Source: an uncultured archaeon (GTDB lineage Archaea > Asgardarchaeota > Heimdallarchaeia > Heimdallarchaeales > Heimdallarchaeaceae). From it: a stretch of 52,734 bases of DNA. Positions 9,420 to 19,300 of this stretch are shown here, one piece after another (position 1 is the stretch's first letter; each line of letters opens with the position of its first letter). Made by a program: the position numbers and the translations under genes. The notes beneath the pieces were generated by a model. That model saw only the letters and a list, made by a program, of their open reading frames with translations. It had not been told where the DNA came from and searched no databases. Location of the stretch: NCBI GenBank assembly GCA_964534625.1, contig CAZHRF010000018.1, forward strand, positions 1 to 52,734, read 5' to 3'.

Positions 9420-10901
9420 ATGGATGACCAGAAATCTAGTTTAGATAAAAGTAAACTAAAAAAGGTAGAGACGAGTGAGAAATCAAAAAATACACCAGAT
9501 CCCTTGACCACAAAGAGTACAGTACTATATGGCTTTGGGTCCTTAGCAGATCAAATGTCGACACAATTTTTTCAGTTTCTTGTATTCACTTATTATTATG
9601 CAATAGTGGGTGTTGGGGTTGATTTATTAGCAATGGGGTTCGTTATTTTTGCTCTATGGGACTCGATTAATGATCCAATGGTCGGAACGCTGACAGATAA
9701 GACAAAACCAAAAATGGGACGAAGGAAATTTTGGACGATTGTCTCTTTAGTACCTTTTGCGTTGGTTAATGTGCTATTATTTACTCCACCGTTTTTCTTT
9801 GGAAATACAAACATTATGATTAATTATGTATATATGATTATAGTAATAATTGTTTACGATACAATGATAACATTTTTTGGAGTAAGCCAGCTCAGTTTAT
9901 TCTCTGAAATGTTTATAACAGAAGAAGAGCGTGGAAGAGCTAACATGTGGAAATGCGTATTAACCATTGTTGGAGTGATTATAGGGTTTGTAGTTCCCAC
10001 ACTAATTATTGATGAACTTGCTCCTAAACCAAATACACCGCCTGAGGTTATAGCTGCTCTTCCAAATCAATATTTCATAACAAGTATAATGGTAGCAGTA
10101 TTAATTATCATAGGAGGATTAATATTTTACAAATATGGAATTGTTGAAAATAGACATGATGAAAAGTATTTGGAAAGCCAAGATGATCCAGGATTATTCC
10201 AAATGCTAACAGACACATTAAAAAATAAGAAATTTGTGCTCTTTTGTATAGCAAACATGGTTAAATGGGTAGTATTCAAGATGTTGGTTACGATTACGCC
10301 TCTTTGGGCCATTCATAATTTGGGGCTTTCTGGTATTTGGGTCAGCGTATTTCTTCTAATTGCATTTATCTCATCTATGATTATGTTTCCTATCATGGAG
10401 CTGGTAGGTAGAAAAATCGGTTGGAGAAATGGATTAATTGTTATGCAACTTTTCTGGTGTATAGCATTAGTCCCTTATTGGTGGTTAGATTTTCGTCCAT
10501 ATCTTGCTATGGTCTTTGTTGTGTTTGTTGGTGCAGGTTTATCGGGAGCTATCTACTTTGTAGAACCTATTATAGCTAATGTTATCGATGAAAATGAACT
10601 ACGAACAGGAAGAGCAAAAGCGGGCTCATACTATGGTGTAAATGGACTGATTAACCGACTTAGTACTATTATGGTCTTTGTTTTAATAGCTATAGTTTTA
10701 TCGGGTTATGGCTGGGAACAATATATTGTAGGTGCTGAAATAGAAGAACTAGCACAATTGAGAGAAGGATTAAGGGTGCTATTTGTTCCAGTAAGTATTG
10801 CGGGAAACCTCATAGTAGCTATTTTATTACTATTTTTCCCACTTCACGGTGAAAGATTAGAAAAAGTCCAAGCTGAACTAGCTGAAGTTCGCTCTAGATA
10901 A
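9420..10901 (+). CDS. MFS transporter, GPH (MelB-like) family, paralog 1
   Basis: WDSINDP, GRRKFW, ANVIDENELRTG, about 12 hydrophobic segments. Confidence 0.92.
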   Translation: MDDQKSSLDKSKLKKVETSEKSKNTPDPLTTKSTVLYGFGSLADQMSTQFFQFLVFTYYYAIVGVGVDLLAMGFVIFALWDSINDPMVGTLTDKTKPKMGRRKFWTIVSLVPFALVNVLLFTPPFFFGNTNIMINYVYMIIVIIVYDTMITFFGVSQLSLFSEMFITEEERGRANMWKCVLTIVGVIIGFVVPTLIIDELAPKPNTPPEVIAALPNQYFITSIMVAVLIIIGGLIFYKYGIVENRHDEKYLESQDDPGLFQMLTDTLKNKKFVLFCIANMVKWVVFKMLVTITPLWAIHNLGLSGIWVSVFLLIAFISSMIMFPIMELVGRKIGWRNGLIVMQLFWCIALVPYWWLDFRPYLAMVFVVFVGAGLSGAIYFVEPIIANVIDENELRTGRAKAGSYYGVNGLINRLSTIMVFVLIAIVLSGYGWEQYIVGAEIEELAQLREGLRVLFVPVSIAGNLIVAILLLFFPLHGERLEKVQAELAEVRSR

Positions 10902-11095
10902 TCAAAATAAGAGGAGAAAATCAGGTAAATAGCAATAATAACATACTCGAAATATCTTAAATAGAAGAAAAAAGTGTACATTAGTTAAATTTATGCTATA
11001 GACTTTTTTTTGATTCTTAATTTTTTCTTTTAAAATAAATATAATTATGAGCAATAGTTTATATATAACCCTCAAAAAAATCCAAACAGAGTTTT

Positions 11096-12568
11096 ATGTC
11101 TGAACAGATAATGATTAATGAGGAAAGTATTGAACCAAGCCATGAAAAAATTTCTAGAAAGAGCACAATCATGTATGGTTTTGGTTCATTCAGTGATCAG
11201 ATGTCATCTCAAATGTTCCAATTTCTTGTCTTTACTTATTATTACGCTATAGTACAGATCAGCGTAGAGTATTTAGTTATTGGTTTTATAATTTTTGCAT
11301 TATGGGATTCAATTAATGATCCTATTGTTGGAACTTTGACAGATAAGACAAATGTTGAAATGGGTAAGCGTAAATTTTGGACTATTGTCTCTTTGCTACC
11401 TTTTGCGTTGGTTAATGTGCTATTATTTACTCCCCCGTTTTTCTTTGGAAATACAAATGTTTGGCCTAATTTCATTTACATGATTCTAATCATCATTGCT
11501 TATGATACTGTATATACATTCTTTGGTGTTAGTCAGCTCAGTCTTTTTTCTGAGATGTTCATAACTGAGGAAGAGCGTGGAAGAGCAAATATGTGGAAAT
11601 GTGTTTTAACCATCTGTGGTGTAATTATAGGTTTTGTTGTACCAACTATTATTATTACAGAACTTGCTCCTGATAGCAATACAAGTCAAGCAGTTTTAGA
11701 ACTTATCCCCAAACAATATGTAATAAGTGGGCTTATTGTTGCTGTTGCTGTTATAATCTCAGGCTTAATTTTCTTTAAGTATGGTATCATCGAAGACCGT
11801 CACGATAAAGAATATCTTGAGAGTCAAGCTGATCCCGGATTAGTAGAAATGGTAAGTGATACGATCAGTAACGGTAAATTCGTTCTTTTTTGTACAGCCA
11901 ATATGATCAAATGGACCGTTTTTAAGATGTTGACTAGCATTATACCTTTATGGGCCATACACAATTTACAAATTACAGGTATTAGGGTTAGCCTCTTATT
12001 ATTAGCTGCATTCATTGCTTCTATGATCATGTTTCCTCTTATGGAAAAAATTGGTCAAAGATTTGGATGGCGTAATGCGTTCATTGGGACTCAGCTTTTC
12101 TGGTGTCTAGCTTTATTACCCTTCTGGTGGTATGATGGAAAACCCAATTTGGCAATGATTAATATGATCTTTGTAGGTGTGGGTTTATCGGGTGCTATCT
12201 TTTTTGTAGAACCCATTATTGCTAATCTTATCGATGAAGATGAACTCCGAACAGGAAAAGCAAAAGCTGGTTCATATTATGGTGTTAATGGGTTAATTAA
12301 CCGTTTAAGTACGATTCTGGTGTTTGTTATTATTGCTATCGTCTTAAGCGGCTACGGTTGGGAACAATATTTAATTGGAGCAGGAGAAGATCAACTTACA
12401 AACTTACGAGATGGATTAAGAGTCTTATTTGTTCCAGTAAGTATTGCAGGAAATCTTATAGTAGCACTATTACTATACATTTTTCCACTTCATGGGAAAA
12501 GATTAGAACAAGTCCAAGCTGAACTTGAAAAAGTTCGTTCAAGGAAAGTTTCAAAAACAAATCTATAA
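11096..12568 (+). CDS. MFS transporter, GPH family, paralog 2
   Basis: Same motifs; clear tandem paralog of 9420-10901. Confidence 0.92.
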   Translation: MSEQIMINEESIEPSHEKISRKSTIMYGFGSFSDQMSSQMFQFLVFTYYYAIVQISVEYLVIGFIIFALWDSINDPIVGTLTDKTNVEMGKRKFWTIVSLLPFALVNVLLFTPPFFFGNTNVWPNFIYMILIIIAYDTVYTFFGVSQLSLFSEMFITEEERGRANMWKCVLTICGVIIGFVVPTIIITELAPDSNTSQAVLELIPKQYVISGLIVAVAVIISGLIFFKYGIIEDRHDKEYLESQADPGLVEMVSDTISNGKFVLFCTANMIKWTVFKMLTSIIPLWAIHNLQITGIRVSLLLLAAFIASMIMFPLMEKIGQRFGWRNAFIGTQLFWCLALLPFWWYDGKPNLAMINMIFVGVGLSGAIFFVEPIIANLIDEDELRTGKAKAGSYYGVNGLINRLSTILVFVIIAIVLSGYGWEQYLIGAGEDQLTNLRDGLRVLFVPVSIAGNLIVALLLYIFPLHGKRLEQVQAELEKVRSRKVSKTNL

Positions 12569-12630
12569 AATAAAATAAAATCATCTTGAAATTCCATCTA
12601 AAAAACTTTTTTAATTTATTTCAATTTTTT

Positions 12631-12873
12631 CTATTCATACGCATCATCTGTTTCTTCGTATGTCAGTTTTAATCCACTTGGAGGAATATTATTTCCGCCA
12701 ATATATCCCACAAATGTTGCTCTTACATTAGCCTTCTCTTGACTCCGTTTCATATTAGGTTTTGTATGAACAAACTCAACTTGTTTGTTATATCTACTAT
12801 TAAATGTAGCAATTAACCATAATAGCAGTATGATTACAACCAACATCAAGATCATAGCTTGAAAGACTTGCAT
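12631..12873 (-). CDS. Small single-pass membrane protein
   Basis: N-terminal hydrophobic helix; fills intergenic space; divergent from the actin-like gene. Confidence 0.6.
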   Translation of the reverse strand: MQVFQAMILMLVVIILLLWLIATFNSRYNKQVEFVHTKPNMKRSQEKANVRATFVGYIGGNNIPPSGLKLTYEETDDAYE

Positions 12874-13006
12874 TTTTATCTGTGTACATATAGTCTTCCC
12901 TCCTTATAAACTAACCTTTACAACAATAATAAAACTTTGAAATTACATGTTTAAAGCAACTTTATCAAAGCTAGGTTTTTATATCCAAATATTTTCGAGT
13001 CAGATA

Positions 13007-14062
13007 ATGAGTTCTGATTCTATTTATGGCGTTGGCGTCGACTTGGGTACATCAACAATCAAAGTATCTTGCCAAGGTTTTTCATACAAAATACCGTCTA
13101 TTATAGGCGATAATAATCCTGGAGGGTGGGAAGGTTTAAATTCCAATAAAGAACTAATTGACAATTTATCTATTTATGATGATAATAATCGCTTAATATA
13201 TGTGGGGGAATTAGCTCGTCTTCAGTCCCCTATTAAAAAATCTCTTGCATCGGAAGGACGCATGAAATCAATACAAAATGTTATTCTTGCCCTCAAAGCT
13301 GCTTTAAGCATTATTCAGCAAAAGAAAGGATACGACACGTTTGTTATTGCCACCGGAGTTCCTGTAGCTAGCTCTAAAGATCAAAGTTTACGTATGATCC
13401 GCGGGATGAAAGGCAAACATTCTTTTAAAATTCGTAATGATTCTACAGGGGATGAAACTACTATTAACCTTCATTTTCCTAGGGCTATGGTTTTACCTGA
13501 ACCTTATGGAACTTACTGGCAAACCCTTAGTGTTTTAGGTGAAAGTAAAGCTGTCGATGCCATTATATGTGATATAGGTCACGGTAGTACCGACTTTTTA
13601 TGTATGTATAAAGGAGGAATTATGCGTGGAGCATCTGGATCTATAGAAGAAGCCACCGATAGTTTGACTAACGCACTTACTCGCGCTATTCAAGAAAAAA
13701 CAGGTAAGATCCTCCGACCCTTTGAGCTCATTAAAACTATAGAAGAAGGACGTAATCAAGTACTTGTCGGTGGAAAAGTTATGGATATTTCTTCTGCCAT
13801 TCATCAAGCTACTGTTGCAATTTCTGATGTTATTGTTGATGAAAGCCACCGTTTGCTTAACAATCTACCACCTGATGCTTGGATTGAGAAAGTCATTGTG
13901 TGTGGTGGAGGAGCACATATTTTTGGTGATTATTTAAAAAATGCTTTTGTTGCAGATGGTATAGTCAATTCAAAAGAAGAAATTTACGTGCCGCCAGATC
14001 CTGTAATGAGCAATGCCATTGGCTTTGAAACCATCGCCAATTCTCGTAAAGATAAAATTTAA
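13007..14062 (+). CDS. Actin-like ATPase, ParM/StbA/Ta0583 family
   Basis: Phosphate-1 VDLGTSTIK, ATGVP, LPEP, phosphate-2 CDIGHGSTD, adenosine CGGGA, SNAIG; likely start MSSDS at 13007 (ORF open from 12947). Confidence 0.9.
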   Translation: MSSDSIYGVGVDLGTSTIKVSCQGFSYKIPSIIGDNNPGGWEGLNSNKELIDNLSIYDDNNRLIYVGELARLQSPIKKSLASEGRMKSIQNVILALKAALSIIQQKKGYDTFVIATGVPVASSKDQSLRMIRGMKGKHSFKIRNDSTGDETTINLHFPRAMVLPEPYGTYWQTLSVLGESKAVDAIICDIGHGSTDFLCMYKGGIMRGASGSIEEATDSLTNALTRAIQEKTGKILRPFELIKTIEEGRNQVLVGGKVMDISSAIHQATVAISDVIVDESHRLLNNLPPDAWIEKVIVCGGGAHIFGDYLKNAFVADGIVNSKEEIYVPPDPVMSNAIGFETIANSRKDKI

Positions 14063-14165
14063 CGCTTACCAAATATATCAATCCACTATAGTTATTAAAT
14101 TTGAGTAGCATTAACTTATTCTACATATCCGAAGTTTAATTAATAACAAATCATTTAGTGCACAT

Positions 14166-14507
14166 ATGAAAATTAAAGAATTTATCATCAAAATTTACCG
14201 TAGATTATTTAAACAAAAATACCAAAGAGATGAAGATCAAACGTTTATTGATCCCTTTATGTATACAAACGATATTACTTTAGAATATTTAACTACTACT
14301 TGGCCTCATCTCAATGAAAAACAAAAAAATGACATTTTAAATTCAGATGAAAAAATGAAAAACCTCCCAGACGATCTTAAAGATAGACTTAAGACCATTA
14401 ATAGAAGTAATATCGATGAAATAACTAATGCTGAACGCGATTCCCTTAACAAAGCATACGAAATGATAATATCCGATTACTCCGGTTTTGTATCGGATCA
14501 TATGTAA
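14166..14507 (+). CDS. Small helical protein, paralog A
   Basis: TLEYLTTTWPHLNEKQKNDILNSD shared with next ORF; basic amphipathic N-terminus. Confidence 0.85.
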   Translation: MKIKEFIIKIYRRLFKQKYQRDEDQTFIDPFMYTNDITLEYLTTTWPHLNEKQKNDILNSDEKMKNLPDDLKDRLKTINRSNIDEITNAERDSLNKAYEMIISDYSGFVSDHM

Positions 14508-14721
14508 ACATACATTTCTATTTTTTTCTTAATTTCATAATTTTCATTATTAGCTTAATAATCCAAAGCATCCCGCGTATTGCCACATTACTTGCGATAT
14601 TCTAACTTACTTTTATGTTTTATCGTTTTTTTATATGTATTAGATTTTACATCTATTCATTATGTTAATAGGGTATTCTATCAATAGCAATATTAATTAA
14701 AGGTTAATTTCTAGTACATGT

Positions 14722-15072
14722 ATGTCAATCAAAGAATTCTTCCTAACCATCTATCAAAACCTTTTTGGCAAAAAAAAAGGCAAAACCCAAAAACAACCTG
14801 AGAAAGATATCAAAGATGTTTTACAAGTCAAAGATGCTGATCTTTATTCCCAAGATGCAACTTTAGATTATTTCCTTTCAACTTGGCCAGGACTATCGGA
14901 GAAGCAAAAAAATGATATTCTGGCTTCAGATAAGCACATGAAAGACTTTTCAGAAGACTTTAAGGAAAAACTACGGGCTATTAATAAGCGAGATGTAGAT
15001 AAAATTACTGAAGACGAGAGAGAGACAATAGAAGCAGCTTACCAAGCTGCTGTTCAAAAATATAATCTCTAA
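14722..15072 (+). CDS. Small helical protein, paralog B
   Basis: TLDYFLSTWPGLSEKQKNDILASD; same N-terminal pattern. Confidence 0.85.
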   Translation: MSIKEFFLTIYQNLFGKKKGKTQKQPEKDIKDVLQVKDADLYSQDATLDYFLSTWPGLSEKQKNDILASDKHMKDFSEDFKEKLRAINKRDVDKITEDERETIEAAYQAAVQKYNL

Positions 15073-15159
15073 ATTTTTTTTAGTTTCTTATTTATTTTTT
15101 TTAAAACAACTTAATTTTGGAAAATAGATACATAATTCCCAGTTAAATCAATCAACTAT

Positions 15160-16665
15160 TCAATCTAATTCTGTTATTACAGAAGTTATCCAAAAAGGCT
15201 TCCTATCAACAAAATGCGCCAATTCTTTTGCAAAATCAAAATCATAATCATATATTTCTTTTAATCCTGATTCAAATGTTGCTATTTTTAGCTTATCAAT
15301 AATTTCCATCTTTAAAAACGAGTCTACATTTAACAGATACGTGTTTTCTTTCACTAAATCATGTAAGAAATCCAGTACATGTGACCCTTTATTTGCAAAG
15401 TACACTACCCATTTATGATTATCTATAAATGGTCCTGCTATAACATCAGAATGTGCTGTATATTGTTTTAAAAAGTCCATTGATGCTTCAGAGGTTACTT
15501 CTGGACCCTCTTTTCTAAGTGACATATGTGGTTGTGGATTGAGCATAGATATTAGTATTCCATAATGTTCAGCTGTCACATATGATTTTACTCTATCAAC
15601 AATATAGCTATTCCTTCTCAACTCTTCTTCAAAGGCCTTTTTCAATGCCAGAGATTTTTGCCAACAAACTTCAGGCTCTTGGAAATTTCGTTCAATGGCC
15701 ATTGTAACTACAGTTCGACCTGCCAGATGAGATTTTCTCTCAATCTCTTCAAATGCTTCAACTTTGAGTATTTGTTCAATAAAATATTTTTCACTTGGTT
15801 CCATCAAATAAAGATTAGCTGCAGCTATTATGGACTTAAATTGATCGTTTGAGACTGTAGCTGCTACATTTTCTCTTGGATTTAAAGGGTCTGGAACATA
15901 CAAGGGATAATAACGTGTTAATAATGCTACTGTTAACTCATCTACATCTTCAACTATCTCTTTGTTCTTCTTTACATCTACTATTGTTCTAGGTTCCCAT
16001 TTTGTAAGTGCCCTAAGAGTCGTTCTAAAATCGCCATAAAAAAGGATTAAGATCTCACAGAGATAGCCATTAAAACCCGGAGCACCAATTTCTGAACTGT
16101 ATACCCCTAGATTTTTCAAGAATTTTTTAAATAGTAAAACATCTTTTCTTTTATTCTTCTCAAGGTGAGTCAAAATGTACTGCGTATGGTGAGGTGCTAA
16201 ATCAAACAGGGATATTTTGGGTTCACCAGGTATTATTTCAAATCCCACAAAAAGATGTACCAATTCTGCTTCTACCATTATTCTAATGTATGGATTTTTA
16301 CCAGTTATTTTTTCAACATTAATTGGACCCTTTTTAATTCGATCTTTTTTTAGCCGTGCTACCAATGAATCTAAAATACGGTGAATATTTACTTTTTCTT
16401 CTCTTGGTAATATGAGTAATAAATCAAAGGAATCATCATGAACCAAGTACGTTTTTTTCACAAAAGAACCCTGTATTTCAACTCTAGCTGGGATACGCAA
16501 GGAACTTAAATCTAGCATTATTTTTTCTTTTAATATAGATAACAGTTCTCTAATTTGCTCATGTTTTTCATCATCTACAGTAATTTCTTTGAGAACTGCA
16601 TTTTCAATCTTCTCATATTTTATTTCCAATTCGTTTTGTGCTGTGTCTTTTGTACTTGATGACAT
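15160..16665 (-). CDS. cca: Archaeal class I CCA-adding enzyme homolog with degenerate active site
   Basis: QGSFVKKTYL, NPYIR, LLFKKFLKNLGVYSSE, GFNGYLCEILILFYGDF, PDPLNPRENVAA, EGP; adjacent to thpR as in many archaea. Confidence 0.85.
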   Translation of the reverse strand: MSSSTKDTAQNELEIKYEKIENAVLKEITVDDEKHEQIRELLSILKEKIMLDLSSLRIPARVEIQGSFVKKTYLVHDDSFDLLLILPREEKVNIHRILDSLVARLKKDRIKKGPINVEKITGKNPYIRIMVEAELVHLFVGFEIIPGEPKISLFDLAPHHTQYILTHLEKNKRKDVLLFKKFLKNLGVYSSEIGAPGFNGYLCEILILFYGDFRTTLRALTKWEPRTIVDVKKNKEIVEDVDELTVALLTRYYPLYVPDPLNPRENVAATVSNDQFKSIIAAANLYLMEPSEKYFIEQILKVEAFEEIERKSHLAGRTVVTMAIERNFQEPEVCWQKSLALKKAFEEELRRNSYIVDRVKSYVTAEHYGILISMLNPQPHMSLRKEGPEVTSEASMDFLKQYTAHSDVIAGPFIDNHKWVVYFANKGSHVLDFLHDLVKENTYLLNVDSFLKMEIIDKLKIATFESGLKEIYDYDFDFAKELAHFVDRKPFWITSVITELD

Positions 16666-17226
16666 TTATTCACCTTCTTCAAGTTGATATAATGTTATGT
16701 ATTCTGGTCCATCTTTTTTCAATATTGACTGCTTTAATTTAATTGTTTCTACTCGTTGCTTCCCAAATTGTTTATTTGTTAGCTCATTAACTTTACGTAC
16801 TAATTCATGCTTATTTTTACCTGATTTAACTCTACCTATGGTTAGATGCGGGGTGAAAGGTCTATTATCACCCTTAAAGCCTTTCTTTTGTAATTTTTGA
16901 CATAATTCATTTTTAATGTTTGCCAATTTTTCGACTTTTCCACTTATATCTGCATACACAACCCTAACATAATTTTCATTAGGTAATAATCCTAATCCTT
17001 TTACTTCTAATTCAAGTGGATGAAAGGTAATACTATCCATAATCTTCTTTACTTCATTTATTTTTGATTCAGATATTTCACCAAGAAATGCTAAAGTGAT
17101 ATGTAAAATATCCTTGTCTACATATTTTATGTGTGCCCCACTTTCTTTCAGCTCATTCTGAACCTTGATTATATTCTCTTTTATTGTTTCATCCATAAAA
17201 TCTACACTTATAAAGGCTCTAACCAT
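16666..17226 (-). CDS. thpR: RNA 2',3'-cyclic phosphodiesterase (2H family)
   Basis: Start MVRAFISV; two HxT motifs LHITLAFLG and PHLTIGR. Confidence 0.93.
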   Translation of the reverse strand: MVRAFISVDFMDETIKENIIKVQNELKESGAHIKYVDKDILHITLAFLGEISESKINEVKKIMDSITFHPLELEVKGLGLLPNENYVRVVYADISGKVEKLANIKNELCQKLQKKGFKGDNRPFTPHLTIGRVKSGKNKHELVRKVNELTNKQFGKQRVETIKLKQSILKKDGPEYITLYQLEEGE

Positions 17227-17363
17227 ACAAGCTAAAATTTGAAGATTTTTTATAAAGTCTCCGCTAGATAGTGCAATTTTTAAGGCAATCGTAGCAGATT
17301 CAAATCTTTCTTCCATCTTTAACAAACTTTTTAAGAATCTCTTTTTGTCTGTATCTGACTACA

Positions 17364-17930
17364 ATGAGTGTTCATGTTATTGGAGTAACTGGCATGCCTG
17401 GCAGTGGAAAAACAGTCTTTGCTAGATTTGCAACAGATTTTGGCTATAAATCGGTTGTGATGGGTGATATGGTACGAAAAGAAGTTAGAAGGCGAGGGAT
17501 GGATCCTACACCTCAAGCGTGTCGTGATACGATGATCGATATGCGCAAGATTGATGGTGACGCAGCAGTTGCAAAGATTACTTCTAAGGAAATCTCAAAA
17601 CTCATTCAATCGGGAGAAAAAAAAATAATTATCGATGGTATCCGTAGCCAACATGAAGTGAAAGAATTCGAGAACGAATTTGGTAATTCGTTTAATATCA
17701 TAGCAATTCATGTAGACCCTAAAATACGATTTAAGAGATTAAAAGAGCGAGGAAGACGTGATGCTCCACAAGATATGAAAGAATTTGATGAACGAGATTT
17801 CGTCGAGCTTAATTTAGGGGTAGGAGAAACGATCGCTTTTGCAAATTTTGTTATCCCTAATAATGACAGTGTAGAGCAATTTAAGGTTAAGTCTATTAGC
17901 CTTCTTGAAGAAATTGAAAAGGAGAATTAA
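17364..17930 (+). CDS. UPF0200 / dephospho-CoA kinase-like P-loop kinase
   Basis: GMPGSGKT, MGDMVR, IDGIRS, RGRRD. Confidence 0.85.
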   Translation: MSVHVIGVTGMPGSGKTVFARFATDFGYKSVVMGDMVRKEVRRRGMDPTPQACRDTMIDMRKIDGDAAVAKITSKEISKLIQSGEKKIIIDGIRSQHEVKEFENEFGNSFNIIAIHVDPKIRFKRLKERGRRDAPQDMKEFDERDFVELNLGVGETIAFANFVIPNNDSVEQFKVKSISLLEEIEKEN

Positions 17931-17935
17931 ACCAA

Positions 17936-18379
17936 ATGAAAATATCTTTGTCTGTTCCATTTTATCCTACAGAAATGTTAGAAAAAGTTGAAGTTACTAT
18001 AATTAATTTATTAGAAATGCTTCCTGAACTTGAACATATTAAGATGAACGAATATATACTTCTTACAGCAGAGGATCTACCTGTAGAAAGTTTACAAAAA
18101 TTTTTCAAGAACATTAGGAGAGACAGAGTTGTAGATACGGTGCGGAATTGTGCAATAGTTGAACCAAATCGTTCAATTATATTTATTTTACATAAACAAG
18201 CTTTATTTGTAGAGAGAATAGCTGTTATTACTAAAGATGCCTCTTCACCTTTAGGAAATATTGAGCTAAAGATTCAGACTCCTTTTCCAGAAAAAGTTCT
18301 TGATTGGTTAGCTCCAAAAACAGTAGAAGGTGAAATCATACATCCCCAACCTTTCAAAGCCGTACATAGTCTTTCATGA
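17936..18379 (+). CDS. UPF0201 (DUF54) putative RNA-binding protein
   Basis: YPTE..EKV, LHKQA, PLGNI, DWLAPKT; typical partner of UPF0200. Confidence 0.8.
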   Translation: MKISLSVPFYPTEMLEKVEVTIINLLEMLPELEHIKMNEYILLTAEDLPVESLQKFFKNIRRDRVVDTVRNCAIVEPNRSIIFILHKQALFVERIAVITKDASSPLGNIELKIQTPFPEKVLDWLAPKTVEGEIIHPQPFKAVHSLS

Positions 18380-19300
18380 ACCTTCTATAACTATTTTTAA
18401 TCCGTCATAAGCGAATTGTGCATTAGAAAAAAGAGATTGCGTTTGTTCAAGATATTTATTTTTATTTACTGGATAAATTGGTGATAAATGTGTCATGATC
18501 AGTTTTTTTGTCTTTGCGTATTTGGCTACAATTCCAGCATCTATATTTGTTGAATGCTTATATTGCATAGCTCGTTTTCTATCACAAGCAGGAAAAGTTG
18601 CCTCATGTATCAACAAATCTGATTTATAAGCTTGAGATATAACTCGATCATCTATTGCTGTATCACCCGAATACACCAGTTTAATACCTTTTGCAGGATT
18701 AGGATCTAAAATATCAGAAGGGTAGATGGTTCTATCTTTTTGAGATAATGGATATCCTTCTTTGAATCTTTGCCATTGTTTACCTTTAGGAACTTGCAAG
18801 TCTTTAGCGTTTTTGACGTTAAATTTGCCAAAAGAGGGAAAGGTCACTAGTTTATATCCAAAACAATTTTGTCTATGGTGAACAGCAAATGCTTCAATTG
18901 CAAAGGTAGGTGTAGAAAAAACCATTTCATTTCCTGGCGTTTCAATTATTTCAATTGGATAATCGGGCAGAACCCTATAAGTGTATAATAATAGAGTAAC
19001 AAAAGTACTTGTACCTGGCGGCCCAATAATTGTAATAGGATGATCTATATCATTCATGTTTCTTGTTGTTAGATATCCTATCAATCCCAATGTGTGATCT
19101 GCATGTAGATGAGTGAAGCATATTAACGAATTTTTTCCAAATCCCATTCCATGTTCTACCATGCGCGATTGTGCTCCCTCGCCCATATCAAATAGTATTG
19201 TGTAATCCCTATATTTTACACCGATACAACTCTGATTTCTTTTTGGTTGTGGAGAGGAGGAGGAAGTACCTAGGAAAGTAATTATCAATTTATTTGCCAT
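18374..19300 (-). CDS. rnz: Ribonuclease Z
   Basis: FLGT, DMGEGAQ, THLHADH, flexible arm, YSGDT, HEATF, HST, THLS. Confidence 0.93.
   Translation of the reverse strand: MANKLIITFLGTSSSSPQPKRNQSCIGVKYRDYTILFDMGEGAQSRMVEHGMGFGKNSLICFTHLHADHTLGLIGYLTTRNMNDIDHPITIIGPPGTSTFVTLLLYTYRVLPDYPIEIIETPGNEMVFSTPTFAIEAFAVHHRQNCFGYKLVTFPSFGKFNVKNAKDLQVPKGKQWQRFKEGYPLSQKDRTIYPSDILDPNPAKGIKLVYSGDTAIDDRVISQAYKSDLLIHEATFPACDRKRAMQYKHSTNIDAGIVAKYAKTKKLIMTHLSPIYPVNKNKYLEQTQSLFSNAQFAYDGLKIVIEGS

Noticed and set aside
9596-11475. Two similar minus-strand ORFs (9596-9814, 11242-11475) sharing FVFPKKNGGVNNSTLTNAKG
   Set aside because: Similarity is explained by the near-identical tract in the MFS paralogs on the plus strand.
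12947-14062. Bona fide Asgard (eukaryote-like) actin
   Set aside because: Motifs fit ParM/Ta0583-type proteins; eukaryotic actin signatures such as DNGSG and LTEAPLNP are absent.
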